Under the pieces are notes generated by a model that saw only the letters and a list, made by a program, of their open reading frames with translations, was not told the origin of the DNA and made no database searches. Below, piece by piece: positions 8,908 to 17,981 of a DNA stretch of 64,000 bases. Numbering within the stretch: position 1 is the first letter of the stretch; every line of letters begins with the position of its first letter. This stretch comes from Planctomycetota bacterium (GTDB taxonomy: Bacteria > Planctomycetota > B15-G4), in the NCBI GenBank assembly GCA_965248575.1, contig CBDFJQ010000002.1:1152001-1216000 (forward strand), given 5' to 3'. A program made the position numbers and the translations under genes.

Positions 8908-10464
8908 TCAGCGCGGAGCCAAGCGTGTGGTCCAAACCTTGTCGAGCAACTGCCGTGCCCGGTGGTAGGCCTTGAACTCGTATGGGAACTGAAAGACGCC
9001 GTTGCGCATGCGCCAGCGAGCCGATGCACCCAGCATCTTCTTCATGACGGCGCTGCAGCGCACATGGTCGTCCACCCAAGGCGACAGGAAGTTGAAGACG
9101 CTCCAGTCGCGCTCGACACCTTCGGGGATTCCGCCCTTCCAGGTGTCGACCTTGTACTCGAACATGCGCCCCCACTCTGCTGCGGATGTGGGCGGTTGAT
9201 AACCGTTGTCCAGCGCCACCTGCCACAGCTCCGCGCCTGGGATAGGCCGGTAAGGGAAGACGTCCACCGAGGCGTGCTCGAAGTTCATCTTCACCTTGCG
9301 AGCCTCGTCCAAGGTATGACGCATGGACTCTTCGGACTCGTCCGGGAAGCCGATGATGTAGCTGACGCCCGAGATGATCCCGCGCTCGTCCAGCTTGCCG
9401 ATCGCCTTCAGCGTCTCGCCTTCCTTGATGCGCTTCCCGATCGCATCCTGCTGTTCCCAGGACGCAGTCTCTGCACCGGTGGGAGCGACATAAAGGCCCG
9501 ATTCGGCCATCAGGTCGAGGGTCGCATCGCTGTACTGGTTGACCTGCTTGATCTCGATGGTCGCGTGCCACACGAACTCAAGGCCACGGTCGAGCAGGCC
9601 CTGGGCGAACTCCCGGGTGCGCTTCTCGCTCACACCGAAGTTCGCGTCCTGGAAGCGCAGACCCACGAAGGGATCCTTGGCCATGATCTCCTCGATGTGA
9701 TCGAGCAGGGCCACGGCCGGCATCATCTTGTAGGCGCGGTTGGTCAAGCCCGGCGAGTTGCAAAAGGTGCAGGGCTCGGGACACCCGAAGGAGGAGTGGT
9801 AGCTGATGGCCGGGTACGCCGATTTGCCTGGCGGGTCGGGGAAACGATGCCGGATGCCACGCCCATTGGGGCTGGACTCGATGGCGCACTGCCGCCGCTG
9901 CTCGGCGTAGTAGCGCTGCAGGTCCATCACCTCGAAGGGAGCCTTGGGGAACTGATCGAAGCCGACGACCGGGCGTCGCGGCGTCCAGACGATATGGTCA
10001 TCACGCAGCAAGGCGAGGCCCGCGATATCGTCCAGGGGCGTGCCCGATTCGAAGGCGTCGAGCATCTCGCCGAAGGTGATTTCACCCTGTCCCATGCACA
10101 CGGCATCCGCCGCACCGCCGCCGAGGAACAACTCAGGCACGGCAGACGGGAACCAGCCACCCCACCAGATGCTGAGCTGCGGATACTTCTCGCGCACGGC
10201 GCTGGCCACCTCGACACCGTCGAACACCTGGTAGCCGAGGATGCAACTGCTGCAGAACACGTCCGCGTCGGCGCATGCTTCCAGCACCCGCTCCAAGGGC
10301 TGCTCTTCGATCACGGCGTCGAGCAGCTGCACTTCCCATCCGCGCTCCAACGCGACACCGGCGATCTGCACCAGCTCGAGAGGCAGGAGGTCTGCAGAGA
10401 TCAGCTCCCCCTTGTGCGGATCACCCCTATGGGGCAGGTACATCACAACCTTGCGTTTGTTCAT
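8908..10464 (-). CDS. Cobalamin-binding radical SAM enzyme (paralog 1)
   Basis: WWGGWFPS, MGQGEIT, GCPEPCTFC, FQDANF, GAE, IIGFPDES. Confidence 0.9.
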   Translation of the reverse strand: MNKRKVVMYLPHRGDPHKGELISADLLPLELVQIAGVALERGWEVQLLDAVIEEQPLERVLEACADADVFCSSCILGYQVFDGVEVASAVREKYPQLSIWWGGWFPSAVPELFLGGGAADAVCMGQGEITFGEMLDAFESGTPLDDIAGLALLRDDHIVWTPRRPVVGFDQFPKAPFEVMDLQRYYAEQRRQCAIESSPNGRGIRHRFPDPPGKSAYPAISYHSSFGCPEPCTFCNSPGLTNRAYKMMPAVALLDHIEEIMAKDPFVGLRFQDANFGVSEKRTREFAQGLLDRGLEFVWHATIEIKQVNQYSDATLDLMAESGLYVAPTGAETASWEQQDAIGKRIKEGETLKAIGKLDERGIISGVSYIIGFPDESEESMRHTLDEARKVKMNFEHASVDVFPYRPIPGAELWQVALDNGYQPPTSAAEWGRMFEYKVDTWKGGIPEGVERDWSVFNFLSPWVDDHVRCSAVMKKMLGASARWRMRNGVFQFPYEFKAYHRARQLLDKVWTTRLAPR

Positions 10465-10731
10465 CGCTGTTGAAGAGTCCGCGTTCGGCCCATTGGGTAG
10501 AGATATGGGGAGTCTATCATCCGTTCCGTGATTGAGCCCCCGAAGCTCAGGGAGCTTCAGACGGGACCGTCGATGGACGGAACGCAGCTCCTATCGGCAG
10601 GATCGGGCCCCCGAACAACAGCACCTCTTCCACCTTCGAGATCCGATCATCGACAACGCAACCCGCAAGCCGGACGGCACGGACATCTTGCCACCCGATT
10701 TCGCGGCGCAGCTCGGCGCTGGAGGCCAGCC

Positions 10732-12246
10732 GTGAAACAACGACATCCGCTTCCCGACCCCGGCTGGCCCGATTCGGCGAGTGCCACACAAAGCCTGCTT
10801 TTCTCGCCTCTGGCCCTGGCGAGCGGCCTTCAGCTGCAGCACCGGAGCTGGGTTCCGGCCATGGTGCCGTGGCGTGCCACCGACGAGGGCTTCGTCACGC
10901 CGGAGGTCCTGGCGTGGTATCGACGCTTCGCTGAAGGGCAGCCCGCCGTCCTGGTGGTAGAGGCCACGGGCATCCGGGACGTCCCTAGCGGTCCGCTCCT
11001 GCGCGTCGGCCATGACCGATTCCTGCCAGGCCTCGAGCAGCTCGTGGAGTGCGTGCGCGAGGCCAGCGGCGGAAAGACCCGGCTGCTGATCCAGCTCATC
11101 GACTTCCTGGCCATGCGCCGCCGGCCCGAGCGGAGCCGGTTCTTCGAGCGCTACCTCTCGCTCCATCAGCACCACGTCGACGGCCTGCTTCAGCTCTCCA
11201 CGAAGTCGGGGCTCACGACGCCCCCCGAGGGGAGCTCAGGACATCACGCCGGCCCGTCCCTCGCAAACGAAAGCGAGTTGAGACGCGCCTTGGCGGCGCT
11301 GTCCGATGCGCAGCTCGCCCAGGTCCTCCGGCCCCGGGAGCTCGAAGACCTCAGCATGGGGGCGCGGGAGCGGGTCACGGACACCCACCTGGGACACATC
11401 GCTGCGCTGCCCGACACCCTGCCCTTGCTCTTCGCCGACGCCGCCGAACGGGCGCAGCGTGCGGGCTTCGACGGCGTGGAGCTGCACTATGCCCATGCCT
11501 ACACCATGGCCTCCTTCCTCTCGCGCCGGAACACGCGTAGGGACGGCTATGGGGGCAGCTTGGATCATCGCGTGCGCCTGCCGCTGGAGGTCTATCAGCT
11601 GTGCCGTCAGCACGTTGGCAATCGCTTCACCCTAGGCGCGCGCTTCCTCGCGGACGAGGTCATCGAGGGCGGCAACACCGTCGAGGATGCCCAGCAAATC
11701 GCCGTTCAGTTCGCTGCGGCGGGCATGGACTTCCTGTCCCTGTCCCGGGGCGGGAAGTTCGAGGACGCCAAACAACCCGGCGTCGGCAAGGCTGCCTACC
11801 CCTACACCGGCCCCAGCGGTCATGCCTGCATGCCGACAGTGTTTGGGGCGTCCCCGCCCTTTGGCCTCAACCTGCACCTCGCAGCAACGGTACGGCGGAG
11901 CGTTCGAGCTGCGGGCCACCAAACCCCCGTGGTGGCGGCGGGTGGCCTGTCCAGCTTCGAGTTGATGGAGTCCGCCCTGCAGGACGGGTCCGCTGATCTG
12001 GTCGCAGCAGCGCGACAAAGTCTCGCGGACCCCGACTGGTTCCTGAAGATGCGGACGGGTCGCGGGGCTGACATCCAGCGTTGCCTCTTCACCAACTACT
12101 GCGAAGCCCTGGACCAACAGCACCGGCAAGTCACCTGCCAGCTCTGGGATCGCCTCCCCGGAGGTGAGCGGACGGCCGATGAACGTCGACGACTCACGGC
12201 GCCGGCAGACGGTTGGACCGCGCCGAATCGTGTGCAGGAAGCCTGA
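10732..12246 (+). CDS. NADH:flavin oxidoreductase (Old Yellow Enzyme family)
   Basis: PAMV, VVEATG, AGFDGVELHYAHAYTMASFLS, NTRRDGYGGS, ARQSLADPDW. GTG 10732 preceded by GGAGG. Confidence 0.88.
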   Translation: MKQRHPLPDPGWPDSASATQSLLFSPLALASGLQLQHRSWVPAMVPWRATDEGFVTPEVLAWYRRFAEGQPAVLVVEATGIRDVPSGPLLRVGHDRFLPGLEQLVECVREASGGKTRLLIQLIDFLAMRRRPERSRFFERYLSLHQHHVDGLLQLSTKSGLTTPPEGSSGHHAGPSLANESELRRALAALSDAQLAQVLRPRELEDLSMGARERVTDTHLGHIAALPDTLPLLFADAAERAQRAGFDGVELHYAHAYTMASFLSRRNTRRDGYGGSLDHRVRLPLEVYQLCRQHVGNRFTLGARFLADEVIEGGNTVEDAQQIAVQFAAAGMDFLSLSRGGKFEDAKQPGVGKAAYPYTGPSGHACMPTVFGASPPFGLNLHLAATVRRSVRAAGHQTPVVAAGGLSSFELMESALQDGSADLVAAARQSLADPDWFLKMRTGRGADIQRCLFTNYCEALDQQHRQVTCQLWDRLPGGERTADERRRLTAPADGWTAPNRVQEA

Positions 12247-12270
12247 ACGGGCCTCGCCTCGCCAAGCTGG

Positions 12271-12810
12271 CTAGTTGTCGGTCGGGTCCCCACCTGAGAG
12301 CGACATCCAGGCGTAGTTTCCACCCAAGCCCCGCAGCACCTCCGCCCAAAGCCGATGGGCGGGGATGTCAAAGACATGCCGTGACTCCGCAGGACAGACG
12401 ATCCAAGAACCTTCCTTCGTCTCGTCCTCCAGCTGGCCACCCCCCCAACCGGCATACCCGGCGAAGGCACGAACTGCGGTGACCTGGGGCTGGGCCTCCG
12501 TCCAGGGGCGTAGCTCACCCTGGACACTGACATCTTTCACCACCTGCTGTCCCTCGCCCGAATCGCGGCACAGGAACTGCAGGATGTTGGGCTGCACCGG
12601 CCCCCCCTCCGAAAGCCCCACGTCTGCCCAGTGCGCGTCCACCTCCTCGAGGACATCTGACAGCCGATGCTCCAGCGGACGATTCAGCACCAAGCCCAAG
12701 GCCCCCTGCTCATCGTGCTCGAGCATCAGCAGCACCGTGCGCTCGAAGTTCGGGTCCCGCAGCCCTGGACTCGCGACGAGCAGGAATCCCGATTCCTGTG
12801 GAGAGCGCAT
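12271..12810 (-). CDS. YqgE/AlgH (DUF179) family protein
   Basis: LLVASPGLRDPNFERTV, GALGLVLNRP, GGPV, GYAGWGGGQLEDE, W. Confidence 0.93.
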   Translation of the reverse strand: MRSPQESGFLLVASPGLRDPNFERTVLLMLEHDEQGALGLVLNRPLEHRLSDVLEEVDAHWADVGLSEGGPVQPNILQFLCRDSGEGQQVVKDVSVQGELRPWTEAQPQVTAVRAFAGYAGWGGGQLEDETKEGSWIVCPAESRHVFDIPAHRLWAEVLRGLGGNYAWMSLSGGDPTDN

Positions 12811-13022
12811 GGGGATGCTCCTGAGCGTGTTCTGACTCCTCACGACGAGATCACGGACATCGTGAGCCCGCGGGCGGGCGTCCCCTGCCTCGTGATCGGA
12901 ACACAGTCTACTCTGGGTCTGTCCAAGAAGGACTCCTGTGACCACCGACTCCTTTGCCTTCCCACCCAAGGAAGGCTATACCCCGGCGGACTCACATCCA
13001 TCGATCTTGAGAGAGCTTGACC

Positions 13023-13442
13023 ATGTACGACCCCATGATGGTTGCGCCCATGCGCGACGAACTCGTGAACTCCGGTGTCCGCTCGTTGGGAAGCCCCGAC
13101 GAGGTGGACAGCGTGCTGAACGAGCCAGGAAAGACCGCCCTGGTGGTGGTGAATTCGGTCTGCGGCTGCGCCGCCGCCAACGCCCGCCCAGGAGTGCGCC
13201 TGGCGCTCCAGCACGGCACCCAGCCCGATGCGACCGTCACGGTCTTCGCCGGTGTGGACCGGGAAGCCACCGACCGCGCCCGAAGCTACTTCAAGGGCTA
13301 CATGCCCTCGTCGCCTTCCATCGCGCTGCTCAAGGGCGGCGAAGTGGCGTTCATCCTGCAACGGCACGAAATCGAAGGACGCAGCCCCGAGGACATCGCC
13401 TCGCGCATCACCGCTGCCTACGACGAGCACTGCGCCGGCTGA
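13023..13442 (+). CDS. BrxA/BrxB family bacilliredoxin (YphP/YqiW-like disulfide isomerase)
   Basis: VAPMRDEL, VVVNSVCGCAAANARPG (CGC motif), TVFAGVDREAT, PSSPSIAL, RHEIEGR. Confidence 0.92.
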   Translation: MYDPMMVAPMRDELVNSGVRSLGSPDEVDSVLNEPGKTALVVVNSVCGCAAANARPGVRLALQHGTQPDATVTVFAGVDREATDRARSYFKGYMPSSPSIALLKGGEVAFILQRHEIEGRSPEDIASRITAAYDEHCAG

Positions 13443-13485
13443 GACCGGACCGCCGGGCCCCAGCCGGACGCATGCCTTCCATCCA

Positions 13486-16400
13486 TCAACGGAAGGCCCG
13501 GCTGGGGTCGTGCAGGCGGTCGCGATAGGTCTCGTAGAGCTCGGTGTGCTTGCTCTCCAGGCCGACATCCCGGCCGCCCACGAAGACCTGCCGCACGCGC
13601 GTCGTGATCTGCAGCGGGCTGCCCTGCGTCACGACGACATCGGCACGCAGGCCCGGGGCAAGCTGACCCAGCTCTGACTCCAGCCCCAAGACCTCCGCGG
13701 CCCCGGCCGTGAGCGCGTGCATGGCGTCCTGCTCGGACAGGCCAAAGGCCACGGCCATGCCCGCCTCGTAGGGCAGGTTTCGCACGTCGAAGGCCGAGTC
13801 CGTGCGGAAGGCGATGCGCACCCCCGCTGCGGCCAGCAGGCCCGCGTTCGAGTAAGCCGAGTCGTACGGGTCACTGCGCGTGAGAGGCATACCCATCACC
13901 GGCCCCACGATCACGGGCACGTCGGCCAAGGCCAGCCGATCCGCGACCTTCCACGCTGCTCGCCCACCGGCGATGGTGATGTCGAGACCGAACTCATCGG
14001 CGAAGTCCAGGGTGTCGGCGATCTGGTCAGCCCGATCGGCGGAGAACACGATGGGTGCCTGCCCCAAGGCATAGGGCGCCAGCGCTTCCAAGCGCGGGTC
14101 GTAGCCGTGCACCCCGCCCACGCGCGCATACTCACGCGCTTCCAGGAACATCTCCCGCAGCTGCTTCCAGGACTTCTCCAGCCGCTCGGGGAGCGGCTTC
14201 TTGTCCTCCTTGCCGGCCGTCCAGTCCATGGGTGCAGCGTCCACGCCTCCCATGCAGCCCTCGAGCTCAGCCGTCAGCTGCTCCGCTGGATCGCGGGAGG
14301 TGCGCGGCGCGGAGACATGCAGGGCGACGCCGTCTCGAACGAGCGCATCCGAGGCCGTCCAACCCTCCAAGGACATGAGCGCGCTCTGACCCGCCACCCC
14401 CTGGCCCGATGGCGGCACCAGCACGCTGGTGACTCCGTTGACGCGCGCCACCGGAATCTGATCAGAAGCGGCATGCCACGCGGTAGAGGAGCGGATGTCA
14501 GCCTGGTTCCCGCCCACCTCCCGTTGATCCATGGATTGCTTGACCATGGAGATCTCCCCGATGCCCAGGGGCGCTCCCGCGTCGATCATTCCTGGCCACA
14601 CATCCAGTCCACTGACATCCCGCACGTCGTAGCCGGCAGCTCGCAGAGCCACCACATCCGCATCCCCAGCCTGTACCGCTTCGATGCGCCCGTCACGCAG
14701 CATCACCACACCGGGTTCGTGGACCACGAAGCCGTCATCGCCACGGGTCATGGTGTGAACGCGTCCTCCCACGAGCACCACGGCTTGCGGAGCCGGGCGT
14801 GTAGGTGTGGACGCAGCGCGTGTAGCACTGCGCGGCGCCGAGAGCCTCGTCAACAGCTCCGCGTCGAGCGGTGCATCGCGACCTTCAACCGTCAAGCCGC
14901 CCTCGTCCTCCTCGGCCTGGTCGGCCACGGCCGCCCGCCCTGCTTCGATCCTTGTGGACAGTTCTGCGAGCCAGTCGTCGTAGCGACCTTCCCGACGTTC
15001 GAACATCAGCTCGCCGTCCACGAAGGTCATCAGGACCTTCGACGTCACGTCAAAGGGGTGGCCGCTGTAGACAGCAAAGTCTGCGGACTTCCCGGGGTGC
15101 AACGACCCGACCTGGTCGGCGATGCCCAACTGCAAGGCCGGGTTCATGGTCACCATCTTCAGAGCTTCCCGCTCGGGCACATCGCCGTACTTGATGGTCT
15201 TCGCCGCTTCGAGGTTCAAGCGCCGGATGTGATCGCCGCTGTCGCTGTTCACGGACATGAGCGCACCGGCTTCATGCACCAGTGCCGGGTTGTAGGGCGT
15301 GGCCTCGGAGGCCTCGTACTTGAACCCCCACCAGTCCACGAAGGTGGAACCTCCCAATCCACCGTGGGCTGCGATCTCTGCGGCGACCTTGTAGCCCTCG
15401 AGCACGTGTTGGAAGGTCGCGACCTTGAAACCGAACTCCTCTGCGATGCGCATCAGCATCACGATCTCGTGCGCCCGGTAGCAGTGGCTGTGCACAGCGA
15501 TCTCGCCGCCCAGAATACCCACCAAGGCTTCCAGCCGCAGGTCACGGCGCGGCGCCATGCTGGCGGCCCCGCCGGCTGCTGCCGCTTCATGTGCCGCCCA
15601 AGCGTCCTGGTACCGGCGCGCCTCTTCGAAGGAACGGCGCAGGGACACTTCGACTCCCATGCGCGTCTTGGGAAAGCGAGCGCCATCACCCCAGTTGGCT
15701 TGTCGCGGGTTCTCGCCCAAGGCGAACTTCACGCCGCGGGGGGCACCCTCCAGAACCATCTCGGGCGCCGTGGAACCCCAGCGGAACTTCACCACCTCAT
15801 GCCGCCCACCGATGGAGTTGGCGCTCCCGTGCAGCAGGCGCGCCGTCGTCGTCCCGCCTGCCAGGGCCCGGTAGATGCCCACGTCGTCCGGATCCACTTC
15901 GTCTTCGATGGAGACCTCGGGCGTGATGATGCGCGTCCATTCATTGACGCCTCCGCGAATGGCCACGTGCGCGTGACAGTCGATGATGCCAGGGGCCACG
16001 AAGAGCCCCGTGCCATCCACGACCCGGATACCGTCGGGAGCCTCGAGGTCTTCGCCGATCGCCGCGATCAAGCCGCCGCTCACAAGCAAGTCAGCCTTCT
16101 CGAGCAGCCCCGTGCGGTCGTCCGCCGTGTAGATGGTCGCCCCCCGCACCAGGACATCTCCACCGGTTCGGAAGCTGGGCTCGCGGTCCTCGTCCAGCTC
16201 GACGGGCCAGTCCACATCCTCGTGAGCGGCCTCGGCTGCTGCCTTCAGGGCGCGGCGGTAGCTCGAGAGTTTCGCATCCCCCTCGCCCTCCGACTCGCCC
16301 TCCTCCGCAGCATCGGCATCCGAAGACCCGAGCAGGTCGTCCTCGGCGTTGGACTCCGCGATGACCTCTTCCTTCGGCTCGTCGTCGACCTCTTCGTCTT

Positions 16401-17943
16401 GGTCCTCGTCGTCCTCGTCCTCCTCATCCTCGTCGTCGTCACTCTTCCCCTTGGACTCCTTCTCCTTCTCCACACGATCTCGGTCGTCGAACAGCCGGCC
16501 ACCAACAATGGAGAAGGCCACCTTGGACGCCTTCTCGGTGGGAGAGCCGTTCCAGCCGCTGAGGCAAGCCTGGGCCCCCACCTGCAGTTGACCGACTGGG
16601 GCCCCGTCGCCCAGCACATGGGCGGCACCCGCGGCAAGCAAGGTCGATGCTTGCGCCGCCTCGAGCCCACCCTTCTCCATGGCGATCAGCACACTTTCCC
16701 GGAGCTCCTTGGCTGTGCGACCGAAAGTTCCAAGCGCCACCGGGACGCCCACCTTGAGCAGCGCCGAGGCCCCTGACACCTGCTCCGTCCAGATCCGATG
16801 CCGGTCCGCAACGAGACGGGTTGGAGTGCCCGGATCCCAAGCTTCGTGCTTGGCCTTCTTCTCGTTGTCCTTGTCCTTCTTGGACCGCTTCGAATCGGAA
16901 GCCCCTTCTGCAGAGGAAGCCTGCTCCGCATCAGACTTCGCAGAGTCGTCTGCGTCTGCGACCTCATCATCCTCATCATCCTTCGACTTCTCGGGCGCCT
17001 CAGGCTCCTCCGGGAAGTCCAGATCCAGGATCACAGGCACCTGAGCAGCCGCCAGCAGGTCAGCCACTTCCCAGGCTTCTCGCCCACCTGCAATCACGAG
17101 CCGCAGCCCGGGGAAATCCTGCGCCAGGCCCAAGGCCAAACGGATGTCCTCTTCTTCGTTGGCTCGCAGGATCAGTGGCTGCTCACCATCCAGCAAGGCC
17201 ACCAGGGCGTCGAGCGCCGGGTCCACGGGAGGGCGGGGGCCCGCCAGACCGTCTGCGAAACCCTGCGCCAGCGCCTGGTGATGCTGGGCGTCCAGGAGCG
17301 CCTGTCGCAGGTGGGCCATCAAACCCATGAGCGTGGCGGGGTACTGCACGCCGCCCTGACCCCAGGACCCGGAGCGCCAACTCAAGGAACCAAACTGGGC
17401 CACGTCCGTGCCCAACAGGGCCTCGCGAGCTGGGCGTCCGTTGGGAAGCAGCCACGATCCCATACCCGACAGCGCCATCCCGGAGGGCGCAGCAAGCAAC
17501 GCCCCGAAGCCTGCCTCCCGGTGGCCCTTGAGCTCCGTGGACCCGGAACCCAGAGCGCGCCAGAGTTGACGTTCGGGAGACACTCCGTTTCGGTTCGTCG
17601 TCAACATGCCAGCGAACACGTCGCGACCGTCGTCTGCGGGCCGACCGGGGTTCATTTCGTGGTCTTGGAAGTCGACCTTCAGCTCATGGGCCGCATCCAC
17701 GAAAGACGCCACCAGTGTGTAGCCCTCGGCGTCGATCACCCGGGCGTCGTCTGGAGCGTGGACATCGGCACCGACGGCCTCGATCAGGCCGTGACGGATC
17801 ACCACGGTGACTCCATCCACAGCGGGTGCTCCTGGTTCGAGCACTGCCTTGGCGCCCACGATGGCGAGCGGTGGCTCGGGCCGATCCGACGCAAGAGGGC
17901 CAGCGGCGACGGCGAGACACAAGGCGACCAGAAGGTTGGCCAT
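13486..17943 (-). CDS. Secreted amidohydrolase with three fused amidohydrolase-like modules (1485 aa)
   Basis: Signal peptide. Three beta-sandwich/TIM repeats starting ASFVDAAHEL, PGIIDCHAH and PGMIDAGAP. GSLHPGKSADF and GQLAPGLRADV motifs. Acidic linkers. Confidence 0.88.
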   Translation of the reverse strand: MANLLVALCLAVAAGPLASDRPEPPLAIVGAKAVLEPGAPAVDGVTVVIRHGLIEAVGADVHAPDDARVIDAEGYTLVASFVDAAHELKVDFQDHEMNPGRPADDGRDVFAGMLTTNRNGVSPERQLWRALGSGSTELKGHREAGFGALLAAPSGMALSGMGSWLLPNGRPAREALLGTDVAQFGSLSWRSGSWGQGGVQYPATLMGLMAHLRQALLDAQHHQALAQGFADGLAGPRPPVDPALDALVALLDGEQPLILRANEEEDIRLALGLAQDFPGLRLVIAGGREAWEVADLLAAAQVPVILDLDFPEEPEAPEKSKDDEDDEVADADDSAKSDAEQASSAEGASDSKRSKKDKDNEKKAKHEAWDPGTPTRLVADRHRIWTEQVSGASALLKVGVPVALGTFGRTAKELRESVLIAMEKGGLEAAQASTLLAAGAAHVLGDGAPVGQLQVGAQACLSGWNGSPTEKASKVAFSIVGGRLFDDRDRVEKEKESKGKSDDDEDEEDEDDEDQDEEVDDEPKEEVIAESNAEDDLLGSSDADAAEEGESEGEGDAKLSSYRRALKAAAEAAHEDVDWPVELDEDREPSFRTGGDVLVRGATIYTADDRTGLLEKADLLVSGGLIAAIGEDLEAPDGIRVVDGTGLFVAPGIIDCHAHVAIRGGVNEWTRIITPEVSIEDEVDPDDVGIYRALAGGTTTARLLHGSANSIGGRHEVVKFRWGSTAPEMVLEGAPRGVKFALGENPRQANWGDGARFPKTRMGVEVSLRRSFEEARRYQDAWAAHEAAAAGGAASMAPRRDLRLEALVGILGGEIAVHSHCYRAHEIVMLMRIAEEFGFKVATFQHVLEGYKVAAEIAAHGGLGGSTFVDWWGFKYEASEATPYNPALVHEAGALMSVNSDSGDHIRRLNLEAAKTIKYGDVPEREALKMVTMNPALQLGIADQVGSLHPGKSADFAVYSGHPFDVTSKVLMTFVDGELMFERREGRYDDWLAELSTRIEAGRAAVADQAEEDEGGLTVEGRDAPLDAELLTRLSAPRSATRAASTPTRPAPQAVVLVGGRVHTMTRGDDGFVVHEPGVVMLRDGRIEAVQAGDADVVALRAAGYDVRDVSGLDVWPGMIDAGAPLGIGEISMVKQSMDQREVGGNQADIRSSTAWHAASDQIPVARVNGVTSVLVPPSGQGVAGQSALMSLEGWTASDALVRDGVALHVSAPRTSRDPAEQLTAELEGCMGGVDAAPMDWTAGKEDKKPLPERLEKSWKQLREMFLEAREYARVGGVHGYDPRLEALAPYALGQAPIVFSADRADQIADTLDFADEFGLDITIAGGRAAWKVADRLALADVPVIVGPVMGMPLTRSDPYDSAYSNAGLLAAAGVRIAFRTDSAFDVRNLPYEAGMAVAFGLSEQDAMHALTAGAAEVLGLESELGQLAPGLRADVVVTQGSPLQITTRVRQVFVGGRDVGLESKHTELYETYRDRLHDPSRAFR

Positions 17944-17981
17944 GAATGGGGCTCCGTGGGGGGCCGCGAGCGTAGCGACCC

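Noticed and set aside
8848..10473. 541-aa plus-strand ORF
   Set aside because: Antisense to a B12-radical SAM gene; typical high-GC shadow ORF
10532..10735. 67-aa ORF whose stop overlaps the OYE start; considered as a RiPP precursor for the B12-radical SAM pair
   Set aside because: TTG start without RBS, opposite strand to the radical SAM genes, and no leader/core pattern
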